Assembly: GCA_028110365.1 (NCBI GenBank)
Contig: JAOGVT010000004.1
Location: 4,926-68,925, forward strand
Direction: 5' to 3'
Source of the DNA: Flavobacteriales bacterium
GTDB taxonomy: Bacteria > Bacteroidota > Bacteroidia > Flavobacteriales > UBA7430
Length of the DNA: 64,000 nt
This document shows positions 52,247 through 63,691 of this stretch, one piece after another. How positions within the stretch are numbered: position 1 is the first letter of the stretch; each line of letters starts with the position of its first letter. The position numbers and the translations under genes were made by a program. The notes beneath the pieces are model-generated. The model did not search any database, was not told the DNA's origin, and saw nothing but the letters and a program-made list of their open reading frames with translations.

Positions 52247-53566
52247 TTAGCTTTGTTTAATCCACTTCCACAAAGTTTTGTAGTTTACTTTTTGTCCGTA
52301 CATTAAAATTCCTACTCGGTATATTCTGCCTGCAATCCAGCTTGTAAATATAAAACCAATAATTAATAAAACCATCGATAAAGCGATTTCCCAAATAGGT
52401 GGGTCAAAAGGCAACCTTCCCATCATTACAATTGGAGAAGTGAGTGGGAATATTGAGGCCCAAAAAGCTAGCGAACTGTCGGGGTTTTCTAGAATCATTT
52501 GCAAGCTGAAAAATGCAAATAGAAGAGGTATGGTAATCGGCATAATAAATTGTTGTGTGTCTGTTTCTGATTCTACCGAGGCTCCAATTGCTGCAAATAA
52601 GGAACCATACATTAAGTAGCCACCCACAAAATAAAACAGAAACATACCTAGTAATAAAGGGATGTTAAAGCTACTAAGTTGCGTTAAAATAATAGACATA
52701 TCACTGCCTTGTGTAATTTCAGGCGAAAGTGACGCTTCAGAGACCTCAATAAGCTCCGTAGGGTTTAGCTCAGCAGGGTTTACAAGTAATCTTGTAGCTA
52801 CAGTGCTTAGTGCAAAAGTTAATAAAATCCACAATGCAAACTGCGTAAAACCCACAAGAGCTACGCCAATTATTTTACCCATCATAAGTTGAAATGGTTT
52901 GACGGATGAGATTATTATTTCCACAATTCTACTTGTTTTTTCTTCCATTACACCGCGCATAACCATAGCACCGTATAAGAATATGAAAATATAGATTAAA
53001 AAACCACCAAACATACTTAAGCCCATGGCAATTTCCGTAGACCCAATTTGTTCTGAGCCACTCTCGCTCATAATGATGGTATTTAAGTTAACATCGGCCC
53101 TTGTTTTGTTTATGGTTTCTCTTGTGAGTCCTTCGTTTTTTAATTTAATGGATTCGATAACAGCTTCTATGTTTCTAGAAATCATTTTTTTAGTTGTCAT
53201 ACTAATGGGTTTGTGGGCAAACACATTGACATTGTTTTCTAGTTCTTTTAACGTTATTCCACTCGTGTCTGGAATGTGAACGAATGCTACCGCATCACTC
53301 TCCTTAAACAGCAGCTTCACTTCTTCAACCGATTGCTTAAGAATTTGAGTGTTTATGGCTTCTAATTTTTCAAATTTAGATTCAAATAACCCACTATCAT
53401 CACATACCCATAGTGTTTGTTGATCGGTGTCTGGCGATTCTATTAAAAGAGGCGCTAGAATGAGTCCAGCCATTAAAATGGGGCCTAAGATAGTCATGAT
53501 TAGGAACGACTTTTTTCGAACTCTAGAAAGGTATTCTCTCTTTATGATTAATATTATTTTATTCAT
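52247..53566 (-). CDS. ABC-2 type transporter permease (NatB-like)
   Basis: N-terminal anchor, a large extracytoplasmic loop and five C-terminal TM helices. It is coupled to the upstream ATPase by a 4-nt overlap. Confidence 0.7.
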   Translation of the reverse strand: MNKIILIIKREYLSRVRKKSFLIMTILGPILMAGLILAPLLIESPDTDQQTLWVCDDSGLFESKFEKLEAINTQILKQSVEEVKLLFKESDAVAFVHIPDTSGITLKELENNVNVFAHKPISMTTKKMISRNIEAVIESIKLKNEGLTRETINKTRADVNLNTIIMSESGSEQIGSTEIAMGLSMFGGFLIYIFIFLYGAMVMRGVMEEKTSRIVEIIISSVKPFQLMMGKIIGVALVGFTQFALWILLTFALSTVATRLLVNPAELNPTELIEVSEASLSPEITQGSDMSIILTQLSSFNIPLLLGMFLFYFVGGYLMYGSLFAAIGASVESETDTQQFIMPITIPLLFAFFSLQMILENPDSSLAFWASIFPLTSPIVMMGRLPFDPPIWEIALSMVLLIIGFIFTSWIAGRIYRVGILMYGQKVNYKTLWKWIKQS

Positions 53567-54471
53567 GCTAAATTTCCTTTTACTGTTCTAATAAATATTT
53601 CATTTATGTTGGGTACTTTTTCTTCAAATCCTTTTATATCGGATTGGTCAATTAAAAATCGAATAAGGTCTGAGGCTGAACTTTCGTTAACAATTTGTAT
53701 TTCTGCCTGATGTTTGTTTTTACTAATTAGTTGCAGGTGCTGTGGTAAATTCTCCAAAAAAGTAAGGTCAGTAGATGCAAAGTCTACTTTGTAAATTTGT
53801 TGTTTGTATTGCTCTTTTATTTGATTTATGGGGCCGTCAAGAATTTTTTTAGACTGATCTATCAGTGCGATATGGTCGCAAAGCTCTTCGACGGATTCCA
53901 TACGATGGGTAGAAAAAATAATGGAGGTTCCTTGGGCTTTCAGACCCAGTATTTCATCTTTTATTAAGGTTGCATTTATTGGGTCGAAGCCAGAAAAAGG
54001 TTCGTCAAAAATAAGAAGTTTCGGTTGGTGTAAAACAGTGGTTATAAATTGAATTTTTTGCGCCATTCCTTTGGATAATTCTTCTACTTTTTTATTCCAC
54101 CAGGGTGTGATTTCAAAGCGTTCAAACCAAATTTTTAATGCTTTTTTTGCTTCTTTTTCTGAGAGTCCTTTTAATTGTGCAAGGTAAAGGGCTTGCTCGC
54201 CCACTTTCATCTTTTTATACAACCCTCGTTCTTCTGGGAGGTATCCAATTTGGCTAATGTGATTGCTGTTTAGTGGTTGTCCGTTAAAAAGAAGTGCTCC
54301 TTTATCGGGCATGGTAATTTGGTTAATAATTCGAATTAAACTTGTTTTACCCGCCCCATTTGGGCCTAAAAGCCCAAAAATCTGTCCTTCTGGTACGGCT
54401 AGGCTAACATCATCAAGGGCAAGGTGATTGCTGTACGATTTACTGACCGAATTAATTTCGAGTACATTCAT
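53563..54471 (-). CDS. ABC transporter ATP-binding protein (NatA-like)
   Basis: GLLGPNGAGKTS, LSKGMAQK and LLIFDEPFSGFD. Confidence 0.9.
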   Translation of the reverse strand: MNVLEINSVSKSYSNHLALDDVSLAVPEGQIFGLLGPNGAGKTSLIRIINQITMPDKGALLFNGQPLNSNHISQIGYLPEERGLYKKMKVGEQALYLAQLKGLSEKEAKKALKIWFERFEITPWWNKKVEELSKGMAQKIQFITTVLHQPKLLIFDEPFSGFDPINATLIKDEILGLKAQGTSIIFSTHRMESVEELCDHIALIDQSKKILDGPINQIKEQYKQQIYKVDFASTDLTFLENLPQHLQLISKNKHQAEIQIVNESSASDLIRFLIDQSDIKGFEEKVPNINEIFIRTVKGNLA

Positions 54472-54626
54472 TTTAAAATTGGATCTATTAAATTATGTTA
54501 AGCCTTAAATATAGTATTTTTAGATAGATTGCATTGTTTCTAATCTAAGAATTTAAATGTTTCTGATAGGACGCAAACTAATGCATAAATCTTTACTTTT
54601 GAACTTGTAATTTTAGAAGTTAGTTT

Positions 54627-56339
54627 ATGCTACATTATACTTTTTCATACGCTCAACCGCACCGTCATTTTATTGACATCGAATTTCAAATAACTGAACA
54701 TACTGGCGCAGTACTTATTTTACAATTGCCTGCCTGGAGACCAGGGCGCTATGAGCTGGGTAATTTTGCAAAAAACATTCAAAAGCTAGCTGTTTCAGAT
54801 GCGAATGGATTTCCGTTAAAATATGAGAAAATGACGAAGGATGCCTGGAAAGTTTCTACACCAAATTGCAGTACCATTAAGGTGTCTTATACGTACTATG
54901 CAAATGAGTTAAATGCAGGCTCTACTTATTTAGATGAGCAACAGTTGTATGTAAATCCTGTGAATTGTTGCTTGTTTGTTCCAGACCGTATGGATGAGGC
55001 ATGTTCGGTTCGTTTGGATGTTCCAGAAGCTTATAAAGTTGCTTGCTCTTTAGGTTCTTCAAAGCAGCAACTAATAGCGCGTAATTTTGATGAATTAGCC
55101 GAGAGTCCTTTTATAGCATCTGCGAGTCTTCAACACAATAGTTACCAAGTAGCTGGTGTCCAGTTTCATGTATGGTTTCAAGGCGTTTGTCAGCCAAATT
55201 GGTCTAGAATTCTAAAAGATTTTGAAGCATTTACCCTTCAACAACTAAATGATTTTACAGCTTTTCCGGTTTCCGAATACCATTTTATCAATCAAATTTT
55301 ACCTTACAAGGCCTACCATGGTGTTGAGCATACAGCTAACACTGTCATTTCTTTAGGTCCGGGTGAGGAGTTGATGAGCCAAAAGATGTACGCATCTTTA
55401 TTGGGGGTTTCTTCTCACGAACTTTACCATACTTGGAATGTTAAACAGATAAGACCCAAGGAGCTTTTGCCTTATGATTACACCAAAGAAAACTATTCTC
55501 GAATGGGGTACTTGTACGAGGGCGTTACCACTTATATGGGCGATTTGTACTTAAAGCGTTCTGACGTTTTTTCGGATGAAGTCTTTTTTAAAACACAAGA
55601 AGAAAATCTTCAAAAACATTTTCATAACGGGGGCAGACATAACCTGTCTGTTGCCGATTCTAGTTTCGATACTTGGCTAGATGGTTATGTAATGGGTGTT
55701 CCAAGCCGAAAGGTTTCCATTTATACCGAAGGTGCCTTATGTGCTTTCATGCTCGATGTTTGTTTTTTAGAAAAGAGTGCAGGTCAGGTTTCTTTACGGT
55801 CTTTAATGACCAAGTTATACAAAGAGTACGCTTCTAAAGGCAAGTTCTTAACCGAAGAGGATTACATTCATGAACTCGTGCAATTTGGAGGTGAAAAGGC
55901 ATTTGCGATTGTCGAGAATCATCTTTACGGGACCAAGGATTTTAGAAGCTCCCTAGATCAGGCCTATGCTTCCTTGGGCTTGCAGATCGAAGAAGTTGAA
56001 AACACCAATGTACTTGCCGCAAAACTTGGTGTAAAAGGAGTGTTTCAAAAAGAGGGTTTGCAGCTCACACATATACAAACAGACGCAGTTGCAGACTGTG
56101 CTAAAGTTGCTGTTGGAGATGTAATTATGGCCATCAATGGAGAAAAAATATCCAAAGACTCCGTTCGCAGTCTAAACATCAAAGAATCCCTTGTGCTTCA
56201 AGTAAAAAGACGTTTTGAAACCCTTGATGTAAAAATTTCGATAGCTGCTCAATTGCATTACCCGCTGTTTAAAATTATTCCGGTAGAAAAGCCAAATGCG
56301 CAACAAAGCCATTTGTATAAAAAATGGATTAATGCCTGA
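54627..56339 (+). CDS. M61 glycyl aminopeptidase-family metallopeptidase with C-terminal PDZ
   Basis: SSHELYHTWN, and a PDZ-like GDVIMAINGEKI. Confidence 0.75.
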   Translation: MLHYTFSYAQPHRHFIDIEFQITEHTGAVLILQLPAWRPGRYELGNFAKNIQKLAVSDANGFPLKYEKMTKDAWKVSTPNCSTIKVSYTYYANELNAGSTYLDEQQLYVNPVNCCLFVPDRMDEACSVRLDVPEAYKVACSLGSSKQQLIARNFDELAESPFIASASLQHNSYQVAGVQFHVWFQGVCQPNWSRILKDFEAFTLQQLNDFTAFPVSEYHFINQILPYKAYHGVEHTANTVISLGPGEELMSQKMYASLLGVSSHELYHTWNVKQIRPKELLPYDYTKENYSRMGYLYEGVTTYMGDLYLKRSDVFSDEVFFKTQEENLQKHFHNGGRHNLSVADSSFDTWLDGYVMGVPSRKVSIYTEGALCAFMLDVCFLEKSAGQVSLRSLMTKLYKEYASKGKFLTEEDYIHELVQFGGEKAFAIVENHLYGTKDFRSSLDQAYASLGLQIEEVENTNVLAAKLGVKGVFQKEGLQLTHIQTDAVADCAKVAVGDVIMAINGEKISKDSVRSLNIKESLVLQVKRRFETLDVKISIAAQLHYPLFKIIPVEKPNAQQSHLYKKWINA

Positions 56340-56343
56340 TTTT

Positions 56344-56721
56344 TTATTTCACAGCAATCATACTAATTTCTACATTAACATCTTTGGGTAAGCGGGCAAC
56401 TTCTACGGTTTCTCTAGCCGGAAAATTTGCCGTAAAATACTGCGCATAAACCTCGTTAATACGAGAGAAGTTATCCATATCAGAGATGAATATTGACGTT
56501 TTAATAACGTTGTCGAAAGTCATACCAGCTTCAGCTAGTACTGCGCTCATATTACTCATTACTTGTTGTGTTTCATTTTCTATGGTGTCTAGTACAAGTT
56601 CTCCGGTTTCGGGTTTAAAAGCGACTTGTCCAGATGTGTAGAGTGTGTTTCCAGATAATACTGCTTGAGAGTAGGGGCCTATTGGAGCAGGAGCATTTTT
56701 TGTTTCTATTACAATTTTCAT
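56344..56721 (-). CDS. ridA: RidA/YjgF-family reactive-intermediate deaminase
   Basis: APAPIGPYSQAV..LYTSGQV...PARETVEVARLPKDVNVEI. Confidence 0.9.
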   Translation of the reverse strand: MKIVIETKNAPAPIGPYSQAVLSGNTLYTSGQVAFKPETGELVLDTIENETQQVMSNMSAVLAEAGMTFDNVIKTSIFISDMDNFSRINEVYAQYFTANFPARETVEVARLPKDVNVEISMIAVK

Positions 56722-56762
56722 ATTATTGTTTAGTTTTGCAGTTATTATTATTAAGCTAAGAT

Positions 56763-57323
56763 ATGAAAGTCCTTATTATAGACAATTACGATTCTTTTAC
56801 TTTTAACTTAGTCCATCTGCTGGAAAGTTTTACTGAGGATTTTGAAGTTTGGAGAAACGATGAAATAGACTTTAAGCGCGTGCCGGAATTCGATAAAATA
56901 GTATTGTCTCCTGGGCCAGGTTTACCATCTGATGCAGGGCAAATGCCAGACTTGATAAAACGCTTTGCCGCTTCTATTCCTATGTTAGGTGTTTGTTTGG
57001 GTTGCCAAGCCTTGGGTGTTTATTTTGGGGCCGAACTCTACAATTTAGAAAAAGTTCAGCACGGTGTTCAAACGCCAATAAGTGTACTTGATTCAAGCGT
57101 TTTGTACAAAAACTTGCCCAAAGAAATTGAAGTAGGTCGCTACCATTCTTGGGCCATTCAGCTCAAAGCAAACAGTGTGTTAATTCCTACAGCGTACGAT
57201 AAAACTGGAGTGCTTATGTCATTCCGACACAAATCTTTGTCTATTTTTGGTATACAATACCATCCAGAATCGATAATGACTGAAGCTGGAAAGACTTTAC
57301 TATTTAATTGGATTACTTCTTAA
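56763..57323 (+). CDS. anthranilate / aminodeoxychorismate synthase glutamine amidotransferase component II
   Basis: [29 protein letters not shown] and QYHPES. Confidence 0.85.
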   Translation: MKVLIIDNYDSFTFNLVHLLESFTEDFEVWRNDEIDFKRVPEFDKIVLSPGPGLPSDAGQMPDLIKRFAASIPMLGVCLGCQALGVYFGAELYNLEKVQHGVQTPISVLDSSVLYKNLPKEIEVGRYHSWAIQLKANSVLIPTAYDKTGVLMSFRHKSLSIFGIQYHPESIMTEAGKTLLFNWITS

Positions 57324-58521
57324 ACTCGTGTCCCATTTTATCTTTTTTGGTTTTCAGATAAAATGCATTGTGCTTGTTAGCAGTAATTTCTAGCGGAACA
57401 TTTTCAACAATTTCCAGTCCATAGCCAATTAAACCAGCTCTTTTTTTAGGGTTGTTGGTCATGAGTCTTAATTTGTTTGCACCCAGGTCGTGCAGTATTT
57501 GTGCGCCAACGCCGTAGTCTCTTTCGTCTGGTTTAAAGCCCAGTTTTTCGTTGGCTTCTACCGTATCAAAACCTTGTTCTTGAAGATTGTAAGCCTTTAG
57601 TTTGTTAATAAAGCCTATCCCTCTTCCTTCTTGGTTCATGTATACAATAACACCCTTTCCTTCTTTTTCTACCATTTGCATAGCATGGGCAAGTTGTGGG
57701 CCACAATCGCACTTGCATGAGCCAAATATATCACCTGTAATACAAGAAGAGTGCACGCGAACCAAAACAGGTTCATCTTTTTTCCATTCGCCTTTGTGTA
57801 AGGCAATGTGGTGTCTGCCCGTATTTACTTGCTTGTAGGCTGTTAGTATAAAATCACCATGTTCGGTGGGTAAATTTATGGTTTCAACTTTCTCAATCAA
57901 ACTTTCTTTTTGCATTCGGTAGGCAACCAAATCTTCAATAGAAATGAGTTTTAAGTTGTGTTTTTTAGCAATTTCTTTTAATTCCGGAAGACGCGCCATC
58001 GTTCCGTCTTCATTCATTATTTCTACAATAACTCCAGCTGGTTTTAGGCCTGCCAATCGAGCCAAATCCACCGAGGCCTCAGTATGACCTGTTCGTCTTA
58101 AAACACCGCCTTTTTTCGCTTTTAGTGGAAAGATGTGCCCTGGTCTTCCTAAATCTTCGGGTTTCGTTTTTTCGTCTATTAAAGCAAGTACTGTTTTTGC
58201 TCTGTCGCTAGCCGAAATTCCTGTGGTGCATCCAGCGCCAATTAAATCTACAGAAACCGTAAATTGAGTTTGATTGGGATCGGTATTTTTACCTACCATC
58301 ATCTCTAAATTCAACGCATCAGCTCTTTCCTCAAGAATAGGTGTGCATATTAAGCCCCGCCCATGAGTTGCCATAAAGTTGATCATTTCTGGGGTAGTCA
58401 TTTCAGCAGCAGCCACAAAATCGCCTTCATTCTCACGATCCTCGTCGTCCACAACAATCACTACTTTTCCCTTGCGAATATCTTCTAAGGCTTCTTCTAT
58501 GGTGTTAAGCTTACTCAGCAT
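57313..58521 (-). CDS. ribBA: bifunctional 3,4-dihydroxy-2-butanone-4-phosphate synthase / GTP cyclohydrolase II
   Basis: [53 protein letters not shown] and EGRGIG. Confidence 0.9.
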   Translation of the reverse strand: MLSKLNTIEEALEDIRKGKVVIVVDDEDRENEGDFVAAAEMTTPEMINFMATHGRGLICTPILEERADALNLEMMVGKNTDPNQTQFTVSVDLIGAGCTTGISASDRAKTVLALIDEKTKPEDLGRPGHIFPLKAKKGGVLRRTGHTEASVDLARLAGLKPAGVIVEIMNEDGTMARLPELKEIAKKHNLKLISIEDLVAYRMQKESLIEKVETINLPTEHGDFILTAYKQVNTGRHHIALHKGEWKKDEPVLVRVHSSCITGDIFGSCKCDCGPQLAHAMQMVEKEGKGVIVYMNQEGRGIGFINKLKAYNLQEQGFDTVEANEKLGFKPDERDYGVGAQILHDLGANKLRLMTNNPKKRAGLIGYGLEIVENVPLEITANKHNAFYLKTKKDKMGHEFKK

Positions 58522-58543
58522 AGTTGTTTTTTTTGCAAAGATA

Positions 58544-59710
58544 CTAATTACTGTAGAACAATTTGTTTAGTTCCTCTGTGGTTTTAGACCATTCGAAGGT
58601 GTTTTTAACAAATTCATGTCCGTTGGTAGAAACCTGTGTTCTTTTTGCCTCATTTTGTAAAAGCTCAAGACATAAAGCGGCGAGTTCTTCTTTTGTGTTT
58701 CCTACAAGGAGTGCCTGTTCAGGCGCGTTAATCGGATTTGCCGCCAGGCTAGTACTTATACACGGTTTATTCATAGCCATCGCTTCGAGCAATTTGTTTT
58801 GTAATCCAGTTCCTATTCTCATGGGCGCAATAAATAGGGTAGAGCTCGCATAGGCTTTTCTTATGTCTTGCATCCATCCACTTACTGTAACCGAATTGGA
58901 TTGAAGTTTAAGTACAGCTTTGGAGGGCTGTGTACCGGCCAAAAGAATTTTTATTTTAGGGATTTCCTTTTGTAAAATAGGCAGAAGATCTTTGCATAAA
59001 AATTCTGCAGCATCAATGTTAGGTGCATATCCCATATTTCCTACAAAAACGATGTCGTATTTTATTTCGGTCTTTTGAGGCTTGAAATGAGCGAAGTCAA
59101 CCCCGTTTTTTATAATTTTTATCTCTAAATTTTTAGGGTGGTTGACAAACGCTCTGTCTTCTTTTGTAATAATGGTGTGGTTGTTAAACTTCCCAAACAA
59201 ACTACGTTCATAGTTTCTTTGTTTAGAAGCCTCCCATAGGTAGAGCCATTTGAGGTATAATGGCGCTTTATGAGCGCGTCTTTCCATTCCCTTAGAAAAC
59301 ACATCCATATAGTCTATAGTTTTTGGCTCCTTAGCGTTTTTTACATATTCTGCAGCTCTGGTAAGTTGGCAATAAATGTGCTCAGGTTTTACTTTTTGTA
59401 CTAAATTATGTACGGTTTTTTTGGCTGTTTTAGTGGTAAATAATGCTGTTTGAAATGGTGTTTTTGTGGCTAGGGCTTTTGTTAAGCTCAAGAGTATTTG
59501 AAGTGCCGATAATTTAAGGATGAATACTTCCTTACAGAAGGCCTTTAGTTCTTGATAGGCGGCAGGGTTTTGTTTAGAAAAGGGCAACTGAAGGGCGCAC
59601 AAATAAACATCATGGTCTTTCGCTAAGGATTTCATTTGGTGGTAAATTCTTAGTTTGTCTCCTTTGTCTAAAGGGAACGGTATGCGAGATGTTATGATAA
59701 ATAACTTCAT
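58544..59710 (-). CDS. glycosyltransferase family 4 (GT-B)
   Basis: C-terminal [29 protein letters not shown] (E-x7-E region). Confidence 0.8.
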   Translation of the reverse strand: MKLFIITSRIPFPLDKGDKLRIYHQMKSLAKDHDVYLCALQLPFSKQNPAAYQELKAFCKEVFILKLSALQILLSLTKALATKTPFQTALFTTKTAKKTVHNLVQKVKPEHIYCQLTRAAEYVKNAKEPKTIDYMDVFSKGMERRAHKAPLYLKWLYLWEASKQRNYERSLFGKFNNHTIITKEDRAFVNHPKNLEIKIIKNGVDFAHFKPQKTEIKYDIVFVGNMGYAPNIDAAEFLCKDLLPILQKEIPKIKILLAGTQPSKAVLKLQSNSVTVSGWMQDIRKAYASSTLFIAPMRIGTGLQNKLLEAMAMNKPCISTSLAANPINAPEQALLVGNTKEELAALCLELLQNEAKRTQVSTNGHEFVKNTFEWSKTTEELNKLFYSN

Positions 59711-60889
59711 TTAAAACAAAGCCTTTAGTTCTTCTTTAACTGCGGATTTAGAGAAATTGGCTTTGGCAAACCTGCGCGCACTTTCTCCAATTTCTGCTAC
59801 TCTTTTTGGTTGGTCCATGCAAAATTTCATTTGTTCAGCAAATTCTTTTGTTGTGTCGGCAATAAGAATGTTTTCTCTGTGCTTTACAGAAATGCCATCT
59901 GCACCTATGCTTGTAGTGATAATGCACTTGCCTAGCGCCAATCCTTCTATAATTTTAACACGAATGCCAGAGCCAGAAAATAGGGGGATAAGCATAACTT
60001 TGTGCGAGTTCATAAAGTCGGTTGCATCAAGAACTTCCATATGGTTGTATACGCCAAAGCCTAAACTTTTAGTAAAACTCTCCGTCATGCTTTTTCCTGC
60101 AAGGTGCAGTTCGGCTGCAGAGTTACTGGCTACAAATTCATCCCAAACTTCATCTAACAGCCACGCAATGCCAAATTGATTTGGTTTCCAGTTCATTGCT
60201 CCAATATGAAAAAAGTCTATGCGATCACTAGAGTCTTTTTGTAGCAAGTGCTTTTCATTTAAATGCAAGCCTATGGTCTTCGTTTTTTCAGCATTGTATT
60301 CGCTTATTTTTTTAGAGTCTTTCTCAGATATGGCGGCAATGGTATCTACCTCATTCCAGAATTTTAGTTCTTCTTTTTTTAAGCGTTTTACCTGCAATTT
60401 TAAATATGCGCTACGCAGAGCTGTGTCTTCTTTTTCGATTTGAGTTTCCCAAATCTTGTGTTCTATATTATGCGATCGGTAAACCAGTTTAGCGGCAGTT
60501 CGTTTTCGAACTGTTTTGAGGTAATGTTTCGTAAAAAGACTCTCGAATACAATAAGGTCAAAGGAATTGTTATTTAGTGTTTGTGTTACTTCTCTTTTAA
60601 AATCTGGATGGTTAAATCGAGAGGTAAAATAAGAAGTTGTTTGCAAGCATAGATTTTTTAAAGCTGCCCAAATACTAAGTTTAGTATCTATAAGGATGCT
60701 TTTGTAGGTTAAATTAGGGTGTTCTTTAACATTTTTGGATGGGTGCTTTTGTGTTTCAAAACAAATAAAGTGAACGCTTACACCTATGTCCAGAAACGCT
60801 TCTAATATTTGTGCAATAGCAATGCAACCTCCATCTGCTTTAGGGTAGGGAGGCTTGTGGGCAAGAATCAATACTTTTTTTGCTTCCAT
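59711..60889 (-). CDS. glycosyltransferase family 4 (GT-B)
   Basis: MLIPLFSGSGIRVKIIEGLALGKCIITTSIGADGI. Confidence 0.75.
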   Translation of the reverse strand: MEAKKVLILAHKPPYPKADGGCIAIAQILEAFLDIGVSVHFICFETQKHPSKNVKEHPNLTYKSILIDTKLSIWAALKNLCLQTTSYFTSRFNHPDFKREVTQTLNNNSFDLIVFESLFTKHYLKTVRKRTAAKLVYRSHNIEHKIWETQIEKEDTALRSAYLKLQVKRLKKEELKFWNEVDTIAAISEKDSKKISEYNAEKTKTIGLHLNEKHLLQKDSSDRIDFFHIGAMNWKPNQFGIAWLLDEVWDEFVASNSAAELHLAGKSMTESFTKSLGFGVYNHMEVLDATDFMNSHKVMLIPLFSGSGIRVKIIEGLALGKCIITTSIGADGISVKHRENILIADTTKEFAEQMKFCMDQPKRVAEIGESARRFAKANFSKSAVKEELKALF

Positions 60890-62292
60890 AATTGCTTAAT
60901 TTTAATGAGTAAAACAGACAGTTTACTTGTGTTTATTAAGTTAGCGTCGTTTGCAGCTTTGTAACTAAAGAAGAGTCCCAAAGGGGTTAGTATCATTGAG
61001 GAAAGCCACATTCCTTCTTTGATGGTTAACACGTCTTGAAGTGCGCTTTTCTCTCCGGTTATAGAGGATATGTGGTAAATTAAAAAGAAAATAATAGAGA
61101 CAAGAACGGGCATGCCCATACCTCCTTTTCTAATGATTGCGCCAAGAGGTGCTCCAATTAAAAAAAGAATTATGCAGGCAAAAGCCAACGAAAACTTTCG
61201 ATGCCACTCGATGTGTGCTTTTTTTAGTTTTTTCTTTTTGAATTTGAGTTCTCTTTGAGTATTGTAAACATAAGACTTACTGCTTCTAACCATATTTGCA
61301 GCTGCCTTATGGAGTCTGTTCTTTTTATAAGGACTTAGGTTTGTTAAGTTCTTTTTAAACGATACAACGGTGTCTTTGCTTAGCGAGTCCAAAGCAGCAA
61401 ATTTGTAATAAGAATGGAGTTTGCTTTGGTAGGTTTCCAGTCTCGTTTTAATCGAGTTTTTAAGTGAGTCGGAAGTTTCATTAAGTTGCGACAGGTTCAT
61501 AAATTGAGCTGCGCTAGAGTAGCGTTCTTCATCCGATCGCTCTAGCTGAAATGAGGCCATGTCAAAGCGAATTTTTTGTTTTTTAAAGCTCGATCGTGCA
61601 AAAGGTAGGTTTACTCTTTTTTTTGGGTCTCTTGGGTCAACTTCCTCATAACTATAGCCGTTAAATAACTCTAGGTACAAGTACCTGTTGTTTTGGCTGG
61701 TGTACATTAGGCCACTTTTGGCTTTTATAACTTTGGTGTTCCCCATTTTTTCACTGTGGTCGTATATCAGTAAGCCTTCGAGGGTTTTTCCGTCTTCATT
61801 TTTCTTGTTTACTTTTATGCTGTAGCCCTCTATGTCGTTAAAAAACACGCCTTCTCTCATATTTAAAGAGAGTTTTTTATTCATAATATCGTACAAAAGT
61901 GTTTTAAACTTCATGTTAGAATACGGAATCACATGATTGGAAAATAAAAATGCGGCAATGGCTAGCATGCTAATGGCAACAAACAGCGGTTGCATAATTT
62001 TGTAAAGCGAAATGCCAGAAGATTTTAAAGCAGTGAGCTCATAGTTCTCGCCGAGTTTTCCAAACGTCATTAAAGAGGAGAGGAGGATGGCTAAAGGGAG
62101 TGCAAGTGGAACAAGGGTGGGTATGCTGTAAAAAGCAAGTTCAACAATAACGGTCCATTCCAGTCCTTTGCCAATAAGGTCGTCTATGTATTTCCAAACA
62201 CTTTGCATGAGTAAAACAAAGAGCATGGTGAAAAATGTGCCTGAAAAAGGCGCTAAAAAAGATTTTAATACGAGCTTGTGTAGGGTTTTCAA
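60868..62292 (-). CDS. LptF/LptG-family (YjgP/YjgQ) permease
   Basis: N-terminus LHKLVLKSFLAPFSGTFFTMLFVLLMQ, three TM helices, a periplasmic beta-jellyroll region, then three TM helices. Confidence 0.8.
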   Translation of the reverse strand: MKTLHKLVLKSFLAPFSGTFFTMLFVLLMQSVWKYIDDLIGKGLEWTVIVELAFYSIPTLVPLALPLAILLSSLMTFGKLGENYELTALKSSGISLYKIMQPLFVAISMLAIAAFLFSNHVIPYSNMKFKTLLYDIMNKKLSLNMREGVFFNDIEGYSIKVNKKNEDGKTLEGLLIYDHSEKMGNTKVIKAKSGLMYTSQNNRYLYLELFNGYSYEEVDPRDPKKRVNLPFARSSFKKQKIRFDMASFQLERSDEERYSSAAQFMNLSQLNETSDSLKNSIKTRLETYQSKLHSYYKFAALDSLSKDTVVSFKKNLTNLSPYKKNRLHKAAANMVRSSKSYVYNTQRELKFKKKKLKKAHIEWHRKFSLAFACIILFLIGAPLGAIIRKGGMGMPVLVSIIFFLIYHISSITGEKSALQDVLTIKEGMWLSSMILTPLGLFFSYKAANDANLINTSKLSVLLIKIKQLWKQKKY

Positions 62293-62326
62293 TCCAGGTG
62301 TTTTGCTGTTGCGCAGTTGAGAAAGT

Positions 62327-62710
62327 TTAGGATCCTATGCTTTGTCTCAGCTTTTCAATTTGTTTTTCCCAAAGTAATTTCACTTCTTCTTCATCTTCTT
62401 CATCTTCTGCGAAGTCGGTTACCATTAAAGAAATGTCTTGTGTAATTTCGTCTACTTCAATCCTTAATTCAAAATAGGTATCTGCGGGTTCGTCTAGCCA
62501 CCTAAATTTAATGTTTTGGTTGTTTTTTTTGGTTAACAACTCAGCTTCTTGTTCATCTCCATCCCAAAAAAATGTGTACATCTTGCCTCTTAAGTTTACA
62601 TTGTCGGCAAACCATTCAGAAAGCCCGTCTGGAGAGCTTATTTGGTTGTACAAAATTCTTAGTGATGACCGAATTGGAAATTCCATTTGGAACTGATTCT
62701 TAGATGCCAT
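62327..62710 (-). CDS. START/SRPBCC-like small protein
   Basis: FQMEFPIRSSLRILYNQISSPDGLSEWFADNV. Confidence 0.55.
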   Translation of the reverse strand: MASKNQFQMEFPIRSSLRILYNQISSPDGLSEWFADNVNLRGKMYTFFWDGDEQEAELLTKKNNQNIKFRWLDEPADTYFELRIEVDEITQDISLMVTDFAEDEEDEEEVKLLWEKQIEKLRQSIGS

Positions 62711-62839
62711 AGCTTATATTTAGTAAAAATTCTTTAGCTGCAATATACTTAAAAATTGACTTTAGTAAAGGTTCTTTTATCATATATTAAAATTTAACCC
62801 GGCTAGATCGCTCGATTAACTAAAAATAATGAAAAAGTA

Positions 62840-62872
62840 TTTGTTTAAAAGGGTTTAAAAACTATATATTTG
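62840..62872 (+). promoter_or_regulatory. Bacteroidetes-type promoter TTTG-N21-TATATTTG upstream of tRNA-Met
   Basis: TTTG at 62840-62843 and TATATTTG at 62865-62872. The tRNA starts at 62890. Confidence 0.45.
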
Positions 62873-62889
62873 CAGCCCTTAACAGGAAT

Positions 62890-62963
62890 GGCGAGGTAGC
62901 TCAGTTGGTTAGAGCGTCGGATTCATAACCCGGAGGCCACGAGTTCAAATCTCGTTCTCGCTA
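62890..62963 (+). tRNA. tRNA with CAT anticodon (elongator Met; Ile2/lysidine type not excluded)
   Basis: Hand-folded. Acceptor GGCGAGG/TCTCGCT (G-U at both ends), D arm GCTC..GAGC, anticodon loop TTCATAA, T arm ACGAG-TTCAAAT-CTCGT. There is one A-C mismatch at the bottom of the anticodon stem. Confidence 0.75.
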
Positions 62964-62973
62964 CTAAAACAAT

Positions 62974-63009
62974 AAAACGGTTATACTATTATAGTGTAAC
63001 CGTTTTTTT
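62974..63009 (+). terminator. rho-independent terminator after the tRNA
   Basis: AAAACGGTTA-(13 nt)-TAACCGTTTT followed by TTT. Confidence 0.65.
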
Positions 63010-63010
63010 A

Positions 63011-63622
63011 TTAAACAAGACTTCTGAAAAAATTGAATATACTTCTCGATGCCCTATATCCACTCCATTCTCTTGCCTTAAAAACAGTATCTAATTCTGT
63101 TTTGAAAACATGGTTGGTGTAATTACTAATCGTTTTTACAGAGATAGCCAAAATGACATCTAATATATTACCCTCTGTATACCCTAAATTTAGGAACGCT
63201 TGAACTTCATTTTCATCAGGCAAACCCCTTTTATTTACCATAGTGCTTACAAACCCTGATAGGCCTCTTAGTTTATCATCAGAAATTTTTGTGTGATTCC
63301 TTATGGATTCTGTCACTTCAAGTGGAACTTTAGATACAGTATCCGCTAACATACTATGGGCTGCCATACAATAGGAGCAACTATTTTCAGCGCTGATAGT
63401 TAGTAATACCACTTCTTGCTCTGTTGAAGTAAAACCACTTTCTATTCTAAATTTTTTATATCCGTGCATATAACTATCTAATAATCCAGGTGAGTTAACC
63501 ATAGCTTGGTACATATTAGGAATCATTCTATTTTCTTTTTTGGTGAGCATGAGAAGATCCTTTTGCTTGTCATTGGCATCAGATAAATTAACCAATGACA
63601 TTTTCATCTTATATGAATTCAT
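63011..63622 (-). CDS. carboxymuconolactone decarboxylase / AhpD-like family protein
   Basis: CxxC motif in ENSCSYCMAAHS. Confidence 0.7.
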   Translation of the reverse strand: MNSYKMKMSLVNLSDANDKQKDLLMLTKKENRMIPNMYQAMVNSPGLLDSYMHGYKKFRIESGFTSTEQEVVLLTISAENSCSYCMAAHSMLADTVSKVPLEVTESIRNHTKISDDKLRGLSGFVSTMVNKRGLPDENEVQAFLNLGYTEGNILDVILAISVKTISNYTNHVFKTELDTVFKAREWSGYRASRSIFNFFRSLV

Positions 63623-63691
63623 AATAATTAAAGTTTTTATAATTTCTTTTGTAAATTTACTTCCTTTAAGTAACTAAAACAATAAGTTTCC

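Noticed and set aside
58522-58543. FMN riboswitch upstream of ribBA
   Set aside because: Only 22 nt separate ribBA from the upstream glycosyltransferase gene, so there is no room for an RFN element.
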